Shown piece by piece: positions 1 to 13,589 of a stretch of 64,000 bases of DNA. This stretch comes from Octopus sinensis (lineage: Eukaryota), in contig NC_042999.1 of the NCBI RefSeq assembly GCF_006345805.1, positions 138,756,001 through 138,820,000 on the forward strand. Reading direction: 5' to 3'. The position numbers and the translations under genes are program-made. The notes under the pieces are model-generated. The model searched no databases. It had not been told where the DNA came from and saw only the letters and a program-made list of their open reading frames with translations. Within the stretch, counting starts at the first letter, position 1. Each line of letters starts with the position of its first letter.

Positions 1-395
1 TATATATAAAAGTCAAGTTGTGTGTCTGTCTCCTACGATTTAGATTCCTAACTACTCCCACATTTTGCGGTGCAGTTTAACCAAAACCGAGTATCTTATA
101 GTCGTGATTCATATCGAGCCCTTCTGGGTATTAGCGCGCGTCTACGATGAGTCTACGATTTAAAAAAAATTTACCATCAATTTTTCACATTTTTAATGCA
201 TTTTTGGCATATATAAGTAATTTGGAAGTAACTCTCTAAAAATGTATTATTAAATCTCAGAACGTGAAAAGCTACAGTACCCCCCCCTCCTTTGTGGTTA
301 GCCATATTGAGATGGCTATTATACTTTACATCTCTAAAAATGCTTATATAGTTATTTCCCTTACAAACCCGAGCAACGCCGGGCGATACTGCTAG
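1..395 (+). mobile_element. Non-autonomous Helitron, family 1, copy 1 (5' TC just outside the window)
   Basis: Starts TATATATAAAAGT. Ends with the hairpin CCCGAGCAACGCCGGG followed by CTAG|T at 392-396. Homologous to 6846-7236 and 15413-15923. Confidence 0.8.
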
Positions 396-571
396 TAACA
401 TATAAACCTATCGTGTAGTGACTTCCAGTGACGATTACTCCATCCATTTTGGTTGTCACTTGAAACTTGGTGCCAAGTGTGAAACTCTGAATAGGAATGG
501 GGTGAATCACCAGCTTCGTACAGATAAATGCACTCTACAATATGCATCAATCATTCTTTAATTCCTTTCAA

Positions 572-786
572 GGCGGCAAGCTGGCAGAAACGTTAGCACG
601 CCAGGTGAAATACTTAGCGGTAGTTCGTCTGTCTTCATGTTCTGAGTTCAAATTCTGCCGAGGTCGACTTTGCCTTTCATCCTTTCGAGGTCGATAAATT
701 AAGTACCAGTTGCATACTGGGGTCGATCTAATCGACTGGCACCCTCCCCCCAAATTTCGGGCCTTGTGCCTAGAGTAGAAAAGATT
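572..786 (+). mobile_element. tRNA-derived SINE, family S1 (central GCCTTTCATCCTTTCGGGGTCGATAAA domain), tail type beta
   Basis: Head GGCGGCAAGCTGGCAGAAACGTTAGC, B-box-like GAGTTCAAATTC and conserved core. More than 10 copies in the window. Confidence 0.85.
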
Positions 787-1053
787 CTTTAATTACTCCC
801 TGAAACACACATCCACACACACTTGCATGCGAATACGTACACACGCATACTATTTGGCACACACACACACACACATGCGTATGATGGCTCCCTCATCGTT
901 TGCTCTATCAACTAAAGAAAGAGTTATGTTATGTAAGTGGCTGAGTATTCCACAGACCTATGTACACTCAACGTAATTCTCAGGCCAAATCAGCGTCACG
1001 CAATATATGACAATGCTACACCCATGATTATGTATGTATGAATGTATGTATGT

Positions 1054-1386
1054 GAAGGCGCATGGATCAGTGGTTAGAGCGTCGAGCTTACGATCGTGAG
1101 GTTGTGAGTTCTATTCCCGGACCGGGCTGCGTGTTGTGTTCTTGAGCAAGACACTTTGTTTCACGTTGCTGCAGTTAACTCAGCTGTAGAAATGAGTTGC
1201 GACGTCACAGGTGCCATGCTGCATCAGCTTTTGCATTTCCCTTGGAAAACATCGGTGGTGTGGAGAGGGGAGGCTGGTATGCATGAGCGACTGCAGGTCT
1301 TCCATGAACAACCTGGCCCGGACTTGTGCCTCGGAGGGTAACTTTCTAGGTGCAATCCCATGGTCATGACCAAAGGAGGTCTCCTC
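1054..1386 (+). mobile_element. tRNA-derived CORE-like SINE
   Basis: A box TGGATCAGTGG and B box GAGTTCTATTCC, followed by TGTGTTCTTGAGCAAGACACTT resembling the CORE domain. Flanked by (TGTA)n. Confidence 0.75.
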
Positions 1387-3271
1387 ATGTATGTATGTAT
1401 GTATGTATGTATGTATGTATGTATGTATGTATGTGTGTATGTTTGTATGTATTTTACAGATGTAATGTTTTCGAAAACAAACTCCACCTACGCTAATTCA
1501 ATAGCTCATTCATATTGAATTAGCGAACGCTGCGTTTCTTTGCCAAAGCATTAAATCTGTAAAATGCAACAATTTGCGTTATGGTAATCTTTAACACGCA
1601 AAGTCTCTTCTTTGTATTCTTGACATGCCGTCCTTTCTTCATTGCCATTTACTATTTCTATCTTGTTCTCCCTATCATTTTCTCCCCAACACCCTCGATG
1701 TTCCTTTACATACTTCTCTTGATTCTTTACCTGATCTTTCCACGCTTTCTCTCGTTCACAATACCTTTACACATTACCACCTCCACTGTGGGTCAATCCC
1801 ATAATTCTTCTTCTCCATTTTGTCTTTTCGATTGAAGATTTCGTTGTAGACAGATGCTCTTTCATTCTCGTCATTGATTCCAATAATACGAGGTCTTAGT
1901 CCGTTCTTTTGTTTTGTGCTATATTTTATCCGTACATGGTCAAAAGACCATCGCTTGTGTATGTGTATGCATACGAGTGTGTGTGTTTGTACATATGTGT
2001 GCATGTATTTATGTGAGTGCGTATGTATGTGTATTTATATATATATATATTCATGCACACACACAGACATACATAAAATAAAAATTACTGGTACCCTTCG
2101 CATGGATGTTAAAAAATATTTTATAAAGTTAAAAATTTAGAAGTATACAGAAAACCAAAACCATTGCATATCTTGCTTCATTGACTAAATTTGACTACAA
2201 CAAAATTATGAATAACACGTTTTCCAACACGCTCAAGCGTTAGCATGGATTACACGATATTTATAAAAAGTTGGGGCGCACCTAGACACCCATTGCGACG
2301 CATCAGTGCTCTCACTGTTAGAGAATCACTTATCTATGACGTCCATTACAGCTCCTAGCCATACACAAATACATAAGCAAGACAACATTCAATGTAATGT
2401 TGTTTTAGTAAGTTATGTTCAATAACTTTCAATGACGATTTCTATCCAGATCTTATCTCATAACACCCATCACATTGTCTATTTTCAGATGCCAAAAACA
2501 CGCATGAAAGATTACCACAACTATTTTTGGTGATGGGTAGTAATTTCAAAGTTTATATTATAAATGGAACTATTGTATTCTGCAAAGTTCAGTTTAGAAT
2601 TTGCTTTATTTTTCTTATTTTTCTTTTTATATTTATAGATTAATTGTTATTATTCGAGAGCAAGAAAACCATTTGCAAACTGCACAAGTTTTTGTATAAA
2701 TAAATGGAATAGATATTATGTAAACAGGGATTTGCACTCGTTCCATTTGAAGATGTGTTTGCTGAATGAACGAACAGAAAGACAAGCGTTTTGAGAATTA
2801 ATAAAATGTCATCTATCGCTGAAGACAGTATTGAATATGTTAAATATGCAGTCATATGCTGAAGCCTTTTATATTTTTGCTTTCTCTTAGCAAATCAAAA
2901 CCTAAGTATCTTCTATGTTACAATTTCTTTATATTATCTCCATAATTTTACTAGTCGCTGATTATTTATACGCTAGTTTGAACAGGTTAAGAAAATAATA
3001 ACGAGTCTATTTCTTCTTTTCATTTAGGCATGGTAACCATCGTAACTTCCTAAGACTCTATCTTTTAGTAGATGGGCACCAGATTTCTGTCGATTTGATC
3101 GAGCGAGTACATGGGAAGTGAAACTTTTTTCTTCCTAGAAAAATCTACGGCCGTCTTATTGCTTATATAGAATGTATAGCAAATTATAGGGTCTGTTAGT
3201 GTTTCACACACCTATGATCAAAGGTGTTTCTATTAGAATATTCCTGCTTATTTTTTCTCAGGTATATAGGA

Positions 3272-3279
3272 ATATATAT

Positions 3280-3360
<81 letters not shown>

Positions 3361-3367
3361 TATATAT
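3272..3367. repeat. (TA)n microsatellite
   Basis: Directly visible. One of dozens of simple repeats in the window. Confidence 0.95.
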
Positions 3368-3748
3368 CTAGGAATATATTCTGTAATGTGTTCTTCCTTA
3401 GCGAGATTAGCTATATTTCTAGGAGGTAGAACGACCGCCAAGAAATTTTCTCGTTGTTGGTGTATGGGGCCAGCCTTTCATGACAAGAATGTTCAGTTAT
3501 CAAGAAAACGAAGCGTTAATAGATACCTAACATTATTAACCGAAAATACTGCGCTGAGTTAAAATGGATGCTTACATTTCTTAAACTTGCTGTATCATTT
3601 TTCACTATTTACTAGATGTAGACGTCATGGAATACACCACAATGGATATTAGCCATTTAACAAAAGAATACTTAACCAGAGCTGATATTCTTCACCTTAG
3701 ATGTTTGAGCTATTAAATTAGACATGGTACTATACATACCTATAAATA

Positions 3749-3989
3749 CAACTTAACATGGATGCCTTGACAGTATACCGAATACTGCGTTAATAATCTC
3801 TCTTATAGGTGGTAGGTGCAAACGTATAAAAGCACACGTATAAATCGTAGAAGAGAGAGAAACGTCTATCATGGGCGCCGGAATTCCCATATCACATGAT
3901 TTCAGTCTACATGACGTCATGTGATATGGGAATTCCAGTAACGCAGTATTATGTTTTGGCATTAATACTGCTCCCGTCGCTTATAATTA
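3749..3989. repeat. Unclassified 241-bp insertion with nested inverted repeats
   Basis: 13-bp direct repeat ATACCTATAAATA at 3736-3748 and 3990-4002. Perfect 20-bp IR at 3880-3899/3917-3936 and 12-bp IR at 3781-3792/3939-3950. Confidence 0.4.
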
Positions 3990-4499
3990 ATACCTATAAA
4001 TAAATATTTAACTTTAACCTCATTGGTGTTAACAGTCGCAAAAATATCAGCTGTATCTATTGAAACACCTGCATATGATAAAAAAAAAGCTCATTAATAT
4101 ATCATAAGTTAGTGTTGATAAACAGTCAATCATCGCCCTTGAAATAATATTACAAAACAATAGTGTGTGTAGAACAGTAAGTCAACTTATCCACAATGCC
4201 CCTTTTCTCTTAGTGAGCAAATTAGTTGGATATGCATCATAAGACGTGGTCCTTCTTTAGTCATACCGTGAAGGTATCAATTTGAATATGTTGACTCTAA
4301 GAAAGGACCTTTTTCTGTGATCTGTTTTTCTGTAAAACAAGGGTGTAATCCCAAGCCGAAATCCATCGAAGATTTTCAGCATAGGATTGAAAAAGTGTTT
4401 TTGTTTTTTCCCGCAAGGAACGGTCTACCAAAGGATTGGAAATTTCAAAAACAGTCGTGCAAGTATCATCCATCAAGATGGAACCAAACATCAAACCAC

Positions 4500-4845
4500 A
4501 TTCTGTGCCAAGCAACATCAATATTAGCGGTTGGGAGGCAGTTGCCGGCAACCGTGGAGACTGGCGACGTACCGTAGGAGAGGGAGTACAAAGGAGTGGC
4601 AGAGAGAGAGAGAGGGGAGAAATGGAAAGACAAGAAAAGACGTCAACAAGAAACTATGGCATTACAACCAGCCAGGAACAGTCTTCGCTACATTTGCGGT
4701 ACCTGCCAGAGGGAGTGTTTGTCCAGGATAGGACTACACAGCCACAGCAGGAAATGTATCAGGACATGAAATGTAAAAGCCGGACTAGACTACTTTATGC
4801 GCAACTCCATTGTCTCCCGAGACAAAAAGGATGCCAACAACAACA
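4500..4845 (+). mobile_element. RTE-clade LINE 3' fragment (decayed)
   Basis: Translates to SGWEAVAGNRGDWRRTV and YICGTCQRECLSRIGLHSHSRKC, the typical RTE C-terminus. 3' UTR CCATTGTCTCCCGAGAC with (CAA)n tail. Confidence 0.8.
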
Positions 4846-5022
4846 TTGAAGAGTTCGTAGCAACGTTCCTTTGACTATCGATAAAGTATCAAATGATATG
4901 TAAATTAGTCATGGTTCTATGGGTTTTCCAATAAAATCACCCGCAAACAACGACTATTTAGTTGGTGTTTGAAGCTGAAACGTTCAACTTAGGGAAAACA
5001 CGAACATAATTATATATATATT

Positions 5023-5370
5023 CTCTTTTACTCTTTTACTTGTTTCAGTCATGTGACTGTGGCCATGCTGAAGCACTGCCTTAAGTCGAGCAAGTCGACC
5101 CCAGGACTTATTCTTTGGAAGCCTAGTACTTATTCTATCGGTCACTTTTGCCGAACCGCTAAGTTACGGGGACATAAACACATCAGCATCGGTTGTCAAG
5201 CGATGTTGGGGGACAAAACACACACACACATATATATATACATATATACGACGGGCTTCTTTCAGTTTCCGTCTACCAAATCCACCCACAAGGCTTTGGT
5301 CGGCCCGAGGCTGAACCCGGAACCATGTGGTTGGTAAGCAAGGTACTTACCACACAGCCACTCCTACGCC
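5023..5370 (-). mobile_element. tRNA-derived CORE-like SINE, family S3 (internal deletion)
   Basis: Reverse strand reads GGCGTAGGAGTGGCTGTGTGGTAAG...CCGGGTTCAG. Homologous to 13590-13957 and 59866-60178. Confidence 0.8.
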
Positions 5371-5386
5371 TATATATATATATATA

Positions 5387-5582
5387 GTCAATCCAAACAT
5401 GAACAAGGAAGAAAAAACAACATCACGAGGACGTGGAATAAGTACAGTGTTATTGGACGCTCAGGAAAGGAAAGAAAAGAAAGAGGATTTCACGTTTCGA
5501 GCGAAGCTCTTCACCACAAATATAGAAAAAGTCCAAAGAAGGGAAGACGGAGAAAGAAAATCGCCAACGATACACACGAGAA
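5387..5582 (-). repeat. Short Penelope-type terminal repeat family A, decayed hammerhead
   Basis: Homologous to 25985-26200. Minus strand GTGAAGAGCTTCGCTCGAAACGTG is a damaged version of the 26.1-kb hammerhead. Confidence 0.55.
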
Positions 5583-5593
5583 GGAGGAGGGAG

Positions 5594-5638
<45 letters not shown>

Positions 5639-5723
5639 GCATCTGGTGATGAGCACGCAACTGAATTTCCCGGCAATAGGAAGAAAATTATAAAACACTG
5701 CGAATAATTAATGAGTCATCCTC

Positions 5724-5763
<40 letters not shown>

Positions 5764-6845
5764 AATGTGTGCGTGCATATTTGCATAACTTATTGAATTT
5801 TATCTGTAGCAGCTAGAGTAAAAATAATATGCATAGCTGCAGTCCCACCACCACCACCACCACCACCACCACCACCACCACCACCACCACCACCACAAAG
5901 TAGCTCGTTTTTCACATCTGAAGTAATTGCACCGAAATTGCAGATAATTTATCTGTTTACATTCAGAAGAGCATTTTCATATGGATTTCTAATATACCAA
6001 TTGCAAAGCCTAGTATTTATACAAGATTAAACTATTAACTTAATAACTCAGTAATTTAACATTGGAGAGCAGCAGACGTTTTAAAAAGCAGATAGAATTC
6101 TAACAGTTAACGATGTTAGGTAAGCTCCAATGAATTTAAGAAAAAAATATATAGTTGAAGCCATTTCTATTTCAGCCGTGATTTCTTTATCTTTGATATA
6201 GTTAACTAGGGCATTGTTAAATCAATATATCTAAGTAATATATTTAATGCATGATATGTTTAAATGCTAACTAGAAATAAAAATGCAGGGAAAAAATAGT
6301 CAGAGATTAATATCAATTTAATTTTTTTCCAGCAAATATGGGAAAGGATTCCAGGAATATTTTGGTGTTATTCAGACCTCTTCGTTGAAAGACAGTCGAT
6401 ATATTGTGCTAAACGAAATAGTAATGAACGAATTTTGAAGGCTGGTCATTGATTGATGTAGGAAAACATTGTTAGGGAATAAATCATCCAGAGGTAACAT
6501 CCGTATGAGAAAACTATACTTACTTAAGATAATGTTAACACAATGCAGAGAAAATGAAAAAGTTAACTAGAAATAGATGCATTGACATCTGAATTAATAT
6601 TAATAAAAAAAAAAAAAAGAGTTAAGAGGAATTAGACCAGTGACTTATGTTACGAATTTAAGTAAATAAGCTGAAAGGAAAAAGAAACCTAGTGGTAATT
6701 GTTAGCGGCTCTCAAATTACAGGGAAGATAAATTCAAGAAATTTGGAATTAATTTGAACCGTGTCAACAAAGCATAGTTCAACACATATCTGGCATATCA
6801 GTCGGCAAAGACGACTTACAGTAATTTGTACAGCTAGTGGACAAA

Positions 6846-7236
6846 TCTTTATATATAAAAGTGAAGTTGTCTGTCTCCTACGATTTAGATTCCTAACTAC
6901 TCCCACATTTTGCGGTGCAGTTTAACCAAAACCGGGTATCTTATAGTCGTGATTCATATCGAGCCCTTCTGGGTATTAGCGCGCGTCTACGATGAGTCTA
7001 CGATTTAAAAAAAAATTTACCATCATTTTTTCCATTTTAATGCATTTTTTCGCTATTATATAAGGGAAGTAACTCTAAAAATGTCTACGATGGGTCAACG
7101 ATTTAAAAAAAAATTTACCATCATTTTTTTTCCATTTTTAATGCATTTTTTTGCTATTTTTTGGCTATAACTCTCTAAAAATGCTTATATAGTTATTTCC
7201 CTTACAAACCCGAGCAATGCCGGGCGATACTGCTAG
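6846..7236 (+). mobile_element. Non-autonomous Helitron, family 1, copy 2
   Basis: A|TCTTTATATATAAAAG 5' end. Hairpin plus CTAG|T 3' end, inserted in an AT dinucleotide. Internal tandem duplication at about 7000-7180. Confidence 0.85.
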
Positions 7237-7979
7237 TAATCAAATAAATTAACTTGGGGTATAACTTGAGGCGACTTACTGAATGACGTATTCATAAAAT
7301 TATCAATCAATTGAAACTTCTCTTTTGGTTGCAGAAAAACAAAAACAAAACAAAAGAAAACAAAAAACAAAAACAAACCTAAAGCTAATTGCTGGTGACA
7401 CTGAAGAAGAGATACTTTCGAGAAATTTAGAATGAATTTCAGAAAACTATTTCGTTTAGGAAGAAATATGGTATTTGTTAGCAAGTAAGGGAGGTAGCTA
7501 TGGACATGTTTAGGTTTTGTTGATTCTCGTCACCAAAGGATAGTCAATCAAACACGATCAAGTCTGTTTGGTCTATAACACGATCAAATCTGTTTTTCGA
7601 TAATTGGTGTCGCTGTTGTCTTGTTTTTATCATGTTTGTCTTCAACCACATCCACATGCTCGAAGACAAGGTGTGAGGATAAGAGGTTTGCTTCACAACT
7701 ACGCGATTCCACGACCGGTCCGACTGTATCACTTTGGGTGTATTCTTTCGTTTGACAAATACACTGCGAGCGGAATTTGGTGAAAGTATCTCTCAGTTTC
7801 TTGATATTATTTTCTATTGTTTTGATAGTTACCAAAAATTTGCTTGGTGGTTTTTCTTTAACCAAAAGACAAATTTCAGTAAATCGGGAATGATTTGCAT
7901 ACGTGATATACTACATTACCACTTAACTTGTTTAAATTCAAGCCCTTACTTCAGTTAAGTAATTTCTTTCAGTTCATAT

Positions 7980-8367
7980 GGCGGCGAGCTGGCAGAAACG
8001 TTAGCACGCCGGGCGAAATGCTTACCGGTATTTCGTCTGCCGTTACGTTCTGAGTTCAAATTCCGCCGAGGTCGACTTTGCCTTTCATCCTTTCGGGGTC
8101 GATAAATTAAGTACCAGTTACGCACTAGGGTCGATGTAATCGACTTAATTCGTTTGTCTGTCCTTGTTTGTCCTCTCTGTTGAGCCCCTTGTGGGTAGTA
8201 AAGAAATAGGTATTTCGTCTGCCGTTACGTTCTGAGTTCAAATTCCGCTGAGGTCGACTTTGCCTTTCATCCTTTCGGGGTCGATAAATTAAGTACCAGT
8301 TGCGTACTGAGGTCGATCTGATCGACTGGCCCCCTCCCTAAAATTTTCTGGCCTTTTGCCTAGATTA
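7980..8367 (+). mobile_element. S1 SINE dimer (full copy with tail alpha plus headless copy with tail beta)
   Basis: Two consecutive S1 cores. The second unit starts at GGTATTTCGTCTG directly after AAGAAATA. Confidence 0.85.
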
Positions 8368-8374
8368 GAGGCTT

Positions 8375-9270
8375 TCCGAGACCGGTGAGCTTGATACCAT
8401 TAATAAACCGTTTAAACTGCTTCAGGTTAACATTTACAAGCAAAGCATGTGCAAGAAGGTTCCAGAGGTCTGATTAAAAAGAACTGGAAATAATGGTTAT
8501 TAGGGAATCGGGGGCTGAACGCACCAAGGGTGATGAGAAGTGGAATGACGAACGGCTCAGATGTGACTGAATAGTAGAAGTACGAACGTAGCTATCTTCG
8601 AGGAACAGAGGCCATTCAAGTAGCGTTAGAACAGACAGAAACGAGACAGCACACTTATGAACTAGAGCCTGGAGCACGCGTTCGTTAGTGATAAATACAA
8701 ATTCATCACGTGGCCCTTTTTTGGATGAGGTCCAAGATGTCTGTAAGCGAAGTAGTAGCAGTGCTCCAAATGTGGGAACAGTTTTTGTAGAATGTCAGTA
8801 GCTCTGTTAAGGCTGAAATATTTTCTTGTTTTAAAGAGAAGGGTTAGTTTTGAGTGTGGTTTTTAGCTTTGTTAAAGATGTGTTTTCGCCAGGAGAGATC
8901 CTCGGTGTTAGTAAGGTTCAGCATTTGAAACGGCTGCGCTAACTCTAGCTGAATGCTATTCATATTAGTTAGGATACGATGTGGTGGTGTGTTTTTTTCA
9001 TATGAGTAGTGCTCGAGTAATTTTGCTGTTAAAAGAAACTAGGTTAGTATGACCCCACTGAAAGATTATCTTAAGGTCTCCGTTTATAGAATTAGTGCAG
9101 CTTTGGCGTGTGATGTCCTGGTTGCATGCGGATGAGGCATGGTTAGGCAAAGTTATACGAGAATGAAGTGCCGAGTAGTTTGTATAAGAGAGGGCATTGA
9201 TAGATGTGGCGGTAATTAGGTCAGTGATGTATAGAAAGTATAGAGTGGAGAGCAAAACCAAGAATGAAAA
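8375..9270 (-). pseudogene. Decayed CR1/Zenon-like (Jockey group) LINE RT C-terminal fragment
   Basis: Minus-strand translations LSTLYFLYITDL...NGDLKIIFQWGHTNLVSFN, DLSWRKHI, LDLIQKRA and DLWNLLAHALLVNVNLKQFKRFIN, with stops and frameshifts. Confidence 0.75.
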
Positions 9271-10556
9271 TAAAGACAGGTATTATATGCGTGTTTTATG
9301 GTCTTCTATGGCTGTTATATGTATGGTTACAACTTGTGGGTGAAGTTTAATCAGTGCCCTGTAGGCGCGATTTATACAGTAGTAGCATTTGAAAACTAAT
9401 GCAATATTGAATTGATAGGCGTAAATAATTGGAGCTAGAATATTTGAGTATCTACATTTGTGTAACGTAATTCAAGTAATAATCGTATCATTTCTGAATA
9501 CGCTTTCACCAGAACTAAGAAAATTTATGGCTAAAAGTTAAACATTATCCAAAAAGGCGCACCGAAAGTTTCATAAGCAATTCACACACAAAACCCGCAA
9601 AACATACTATAAACATCAGATAATCCAATGTTAGGGAGTTAGTAAGACTAAGAGTAAAGCTCGAGAATTTTAATTATTATTCATGTATGATGCACATATA
9701 TGTCTGTGCACACGTGTCTGTGTTCTTGTGCGCGTAATCATACATACATAATACATACATACATACATACATACATACATACATACATACATACATACAT
9801 ACATACATGTAATAGTTACATATATGTAATAGTTAAATATAGATACAATTATTATTGGCGGTTTGAGATATACAATGCTGAAATATGTATAATTATATGC
9901 ATGTCATAAACCTCACAATTTTCTGTTTCTCTCTTCCTCTTCCTTAACCTTTTCAGCTTCTTCCTCCTATTTTAATTTCAATCTCTCTCTCTCTCTCTCT
10001 CAATGTTTATGAAGCCTCTGTTTCTCTCTCGCAGATGGTCTCTCTCTTCGTTTCTAACATATTCTCTGTCTGTCTTTCTGCCTCTGTTTCTCTCTCTCTC
10101 TCCCTCTCTCTCTCTCTCTCTACTCTCTCTCTTTCTCTCACGTATACAAATACTAGTTTAGTTAATTTCAAAAGCAACACAGAAGTGGGAGGTTTATATT
10201 TGACACGACCATCGCTGGCCAATGAATGGTCAGCTTGTAGGAGAATACTGATAATTGTACCTAAGACAGATATATTTTTATAAATAGTTCGCATGTAAAT
10301 AGATATTGCTAGAGCAAACACTCGAAAGAAAGACGTTAAATGTGTTTAGCAAACATGAAGATGTTTCATGATGGTGGTGGTGGTGGTACTCATGGTGGGA
10401 TGGGTGTTGGTGGTGTAGTGGTAGAGATGGTGGTGGTGTATTATTTCTGGTCGTCGTTGTTATACAGGCGGGATGTTATAAATACACGTTTCTTAGTTTT
10501 GCCGTACCTTCTTCCTCTCTATATAAACCTCTTTCTTCCATACACCAGTACTCACG

Positions 10557-10558
<2 letters not shown>

Positions 10559-10637
<79 letters not shown>

Positions 10638-10860
10638 ATCCACCACCCCACACACACACATATGTACACGCACACACATACACACACATACATACATACA
10701 TGCTTACATGCATACATACATACATACATACATAGATACATACATGCATACATACATATATACATACATACATACATACATGCATACATGCATACATGCA
10801 TACATACATACATACATACATACATACATACATACATACATACATACAATCATACATACT
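10559..10860. repeat. Compound (CA)n/(TACA)n microsatellite
   Basis: Directly visible. Source of several spurious ORFs. Confidence 0.95.
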
Positions 10861-11774
10861 GATACTAACCGTACATATATAAGAAGGAACAATTGCGAAA
10901 AGGTTCATAACACGACTACCTTATACAGAATACTTAACCCTACCCGCCGATTCTAAAAGAAACCTGATGTCAAAGGTCATGAGAGATTTTAAGTCTGCTG
11001 ATAACGATAAAAAGTCAGACAGGTCATCATTCCCATGATTCTAACCTACTCTGGAACAGTAATTACATCTGTCATAAAATAATTTAATTCAAAAGTTAAG
11101 ACTAGGAAGGTCTTCAAACGTTGAAATCTGATTCCGAAATTTGGGCAGTTGGAAAGAGATTTCAACGAGATTCCTTTTCCCTCTCCTTCAGGAAAGAATG
11201 TCGCACGCCAACAATACCATATTTGCAAAGAAAATCTGTTTAGGAATTTATTTTTCTCACGATTGTTTAATGAATGAAGAAGTCTTAGATGGAGATATGA
11301 CAACTTTAAAAAGACAGAATGAAATCCGATGAATATCTGAAGTTCTATACAAAGTTACGTCTAGAGTGTTTTATGCTGAACATCAGCAATATAAACAATT
11401 TTAGGAAAATGGGCGAGATAAATTGTTTAATACAAGCCGTTATTACAGCAATTCACTCCCCGCTCGCTCTCTCTCTCTCTGCATTTACACACACACACAT
11501 ACACACACGCAAATAATAATCAGAAACTGGAGACAACCTCAGATCAACAAACACATCGATTGGACCACATTTGTTGATCTGAGGTTTTCTCCATTTTCTG
11601 ATTATTTGTATTTGCTTCCTGATAAACTCTTGTTTATCCTGTTGTTACCTACACTCTACGTGTATAGTGTACCTGCACACACCAATGCCCAGGAATAACA
11701 CGGGTAACGGATACCGATAGTATATACGGGAATTTTATCCCCTAGTCGGTTATTATATTTTCTAACTCTGTTTA

Positions 11775-11819
<45 letters not shown>

Positions 11820-12149
11820 CGCACACATACATATACTGATATATATATATATATATAAACGCATACACACACACACTCACACACACATACTTAAACATAC
11901 ATACAGACGTAGATAAAATGGTAAACTTGGTGTGTTTTTATCAAACATATTTTATTTGCAGTTTTGGCAAAAATCCTATTGATAACTGAACTTCTCGAAT
12001 TCATCCATTGCTAATTGTTGCCGTCCTCGGATTCAGTAATTATTACATAGGATTAAGAAAAAGAAAATTATAAAGGAGAGATATCGTTGACTGATTGTAG
12101 TTTAGTATATGTAAAGTAATAAATACTGTCGCAAGTTCTAGGATTCATT

Positions 12150-12368
12150 GAGCTGGTTACTCGGTTTCCATGGCGTATAGGTGACGAGATTACAACACTC
12201 CCTCAGAACAGCACGCCTGTTCGTCAGAGTTATTTATATACAGCTAAGTGGACTGGAGCAATGTGAAGTGAAGTGTTTTGCTCAAGAACACAACGCACCA
12301 TCCGGTCCGGGAATCGAAACCACGACCTTGAGTACAACACCCTAACTACTTAACCAGGTGTCTTCACA
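12150..12368 (-). mobile_element. CORE-like SINE (decayed), related to 28104-28352
   Basis: Contains GAAGTGTTTTGCTCAAGAACACAACGC and the B box complement GGAATCGAAACC. Confidence 0.7.
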
Positions 12369-12873
12369 GTTTAGTATACGATTGCTACATAATTTATTAA
12401 TTCAAGAACAATGAAATGCAAAGCTAATCTAGGCAGGACTTGCAAGTAGAGATAACAAAGAATACTGCTTAGTCCATACAAAATATTGTAGAAAGTCGTA
12501 TCTCTGTATTCAGGAGTTAGCATTAAAAAAAAAAATCTTTCAGCATGATTGAATCATATCGCGACAGCAATGCTGGGTTATTTAGTTGGTTGGAGTCAAG
12601 GTAGGAACTGTCCACAGTTGTGTTCTTGTAAAAAACAAAAACAAAAAAATCCCAACAAAAAAATCTGTCATTGCCTCAAATGTCATTTCCAGAGAGTTTT
12701 TGACATTTTCTCCTTTTTCGAAGTCGGTCGTTAATGATACCAGATTTTTATTTATCTTCTCTCAAAGAGAAGAAAATTTTAAAAAAGCAAGAATTTACCT
12801 TGTATGGTATTTAGTATATATTATTCACCTTTGTTGTCCAAAATCATGCCACTCTGAATTATTTCTCATAGCT

Positions 12874-12874
12874 C

Positions 12875-12947
<73 letters not shown>

Positions 12948-13009
12948 CCAATGTATGTATGTATGTATGTATGTATGTATGTATGTATGTATGTATGTAT
13001 GTATGTGTG

Positions 13010-13067
<58 letters not shown>
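12874..13067. repeat. Compound (TCTA)n/(TATG)n/(TG)n microsatellite
   Basis: Directly visible. Confidence 0.95.
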
Positions 13068-13469
13068 TATGTGTGTACGTAAGTGTTTAAAATTTTTCTG
13101 TATCTATAAATATAAATTCGGTCATTCCTTTGCGTGGAAAAATTTCGCTATCTTGTAAAAATATCCATTTATGTGTATTTTAATCGCCAGCAAGTGCTTA
13201 GAAGTTAAATTTAGAATAGAAACCAATGAAAATTGATTATCTTGAATACACTAAGATAAACTATACTTTAATGGCCACATAGCCTTTGCCATTTGATAGC
13301 ATTGTGTGGAATACAGAAGTTGGAGAAATAAAAGACAAGTAAGCAAATACAAGATTTTATAAACAGCTTCAAAGCGTATTTGCTAGATTTTAGCAAGCTG
13401 AGGTTGAATCTCTTTCGATTCCAAGCAAACAGTCTTTCATGTCACTTAGATGTTCTCGGGTAATACACA

Positions 13470-13503
<34 letters not shown>

Positions 13504-13514
13504 ACACACACACA

Positions 13515-13569
<55 letters not shown>

Positions 13570-13589
13570 ATATATATATATATATACAA

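Noticed and set aside
1600-1940. Additional family A-like terminal repeat with hammerhead
   Set aside because: Only compositional similarity and a short shared motif. The ribozyme core is not recoverable.
7395-7435. Hammerhead-like CTGAAGAAGAGATACTTTCGAGAAA
   Set aside because: GAAA core and stems I and III are missing.
7544-7865. Minus-strand ORFs of 62-93 aa
   Set aside because: No recognisable domain or splice context.
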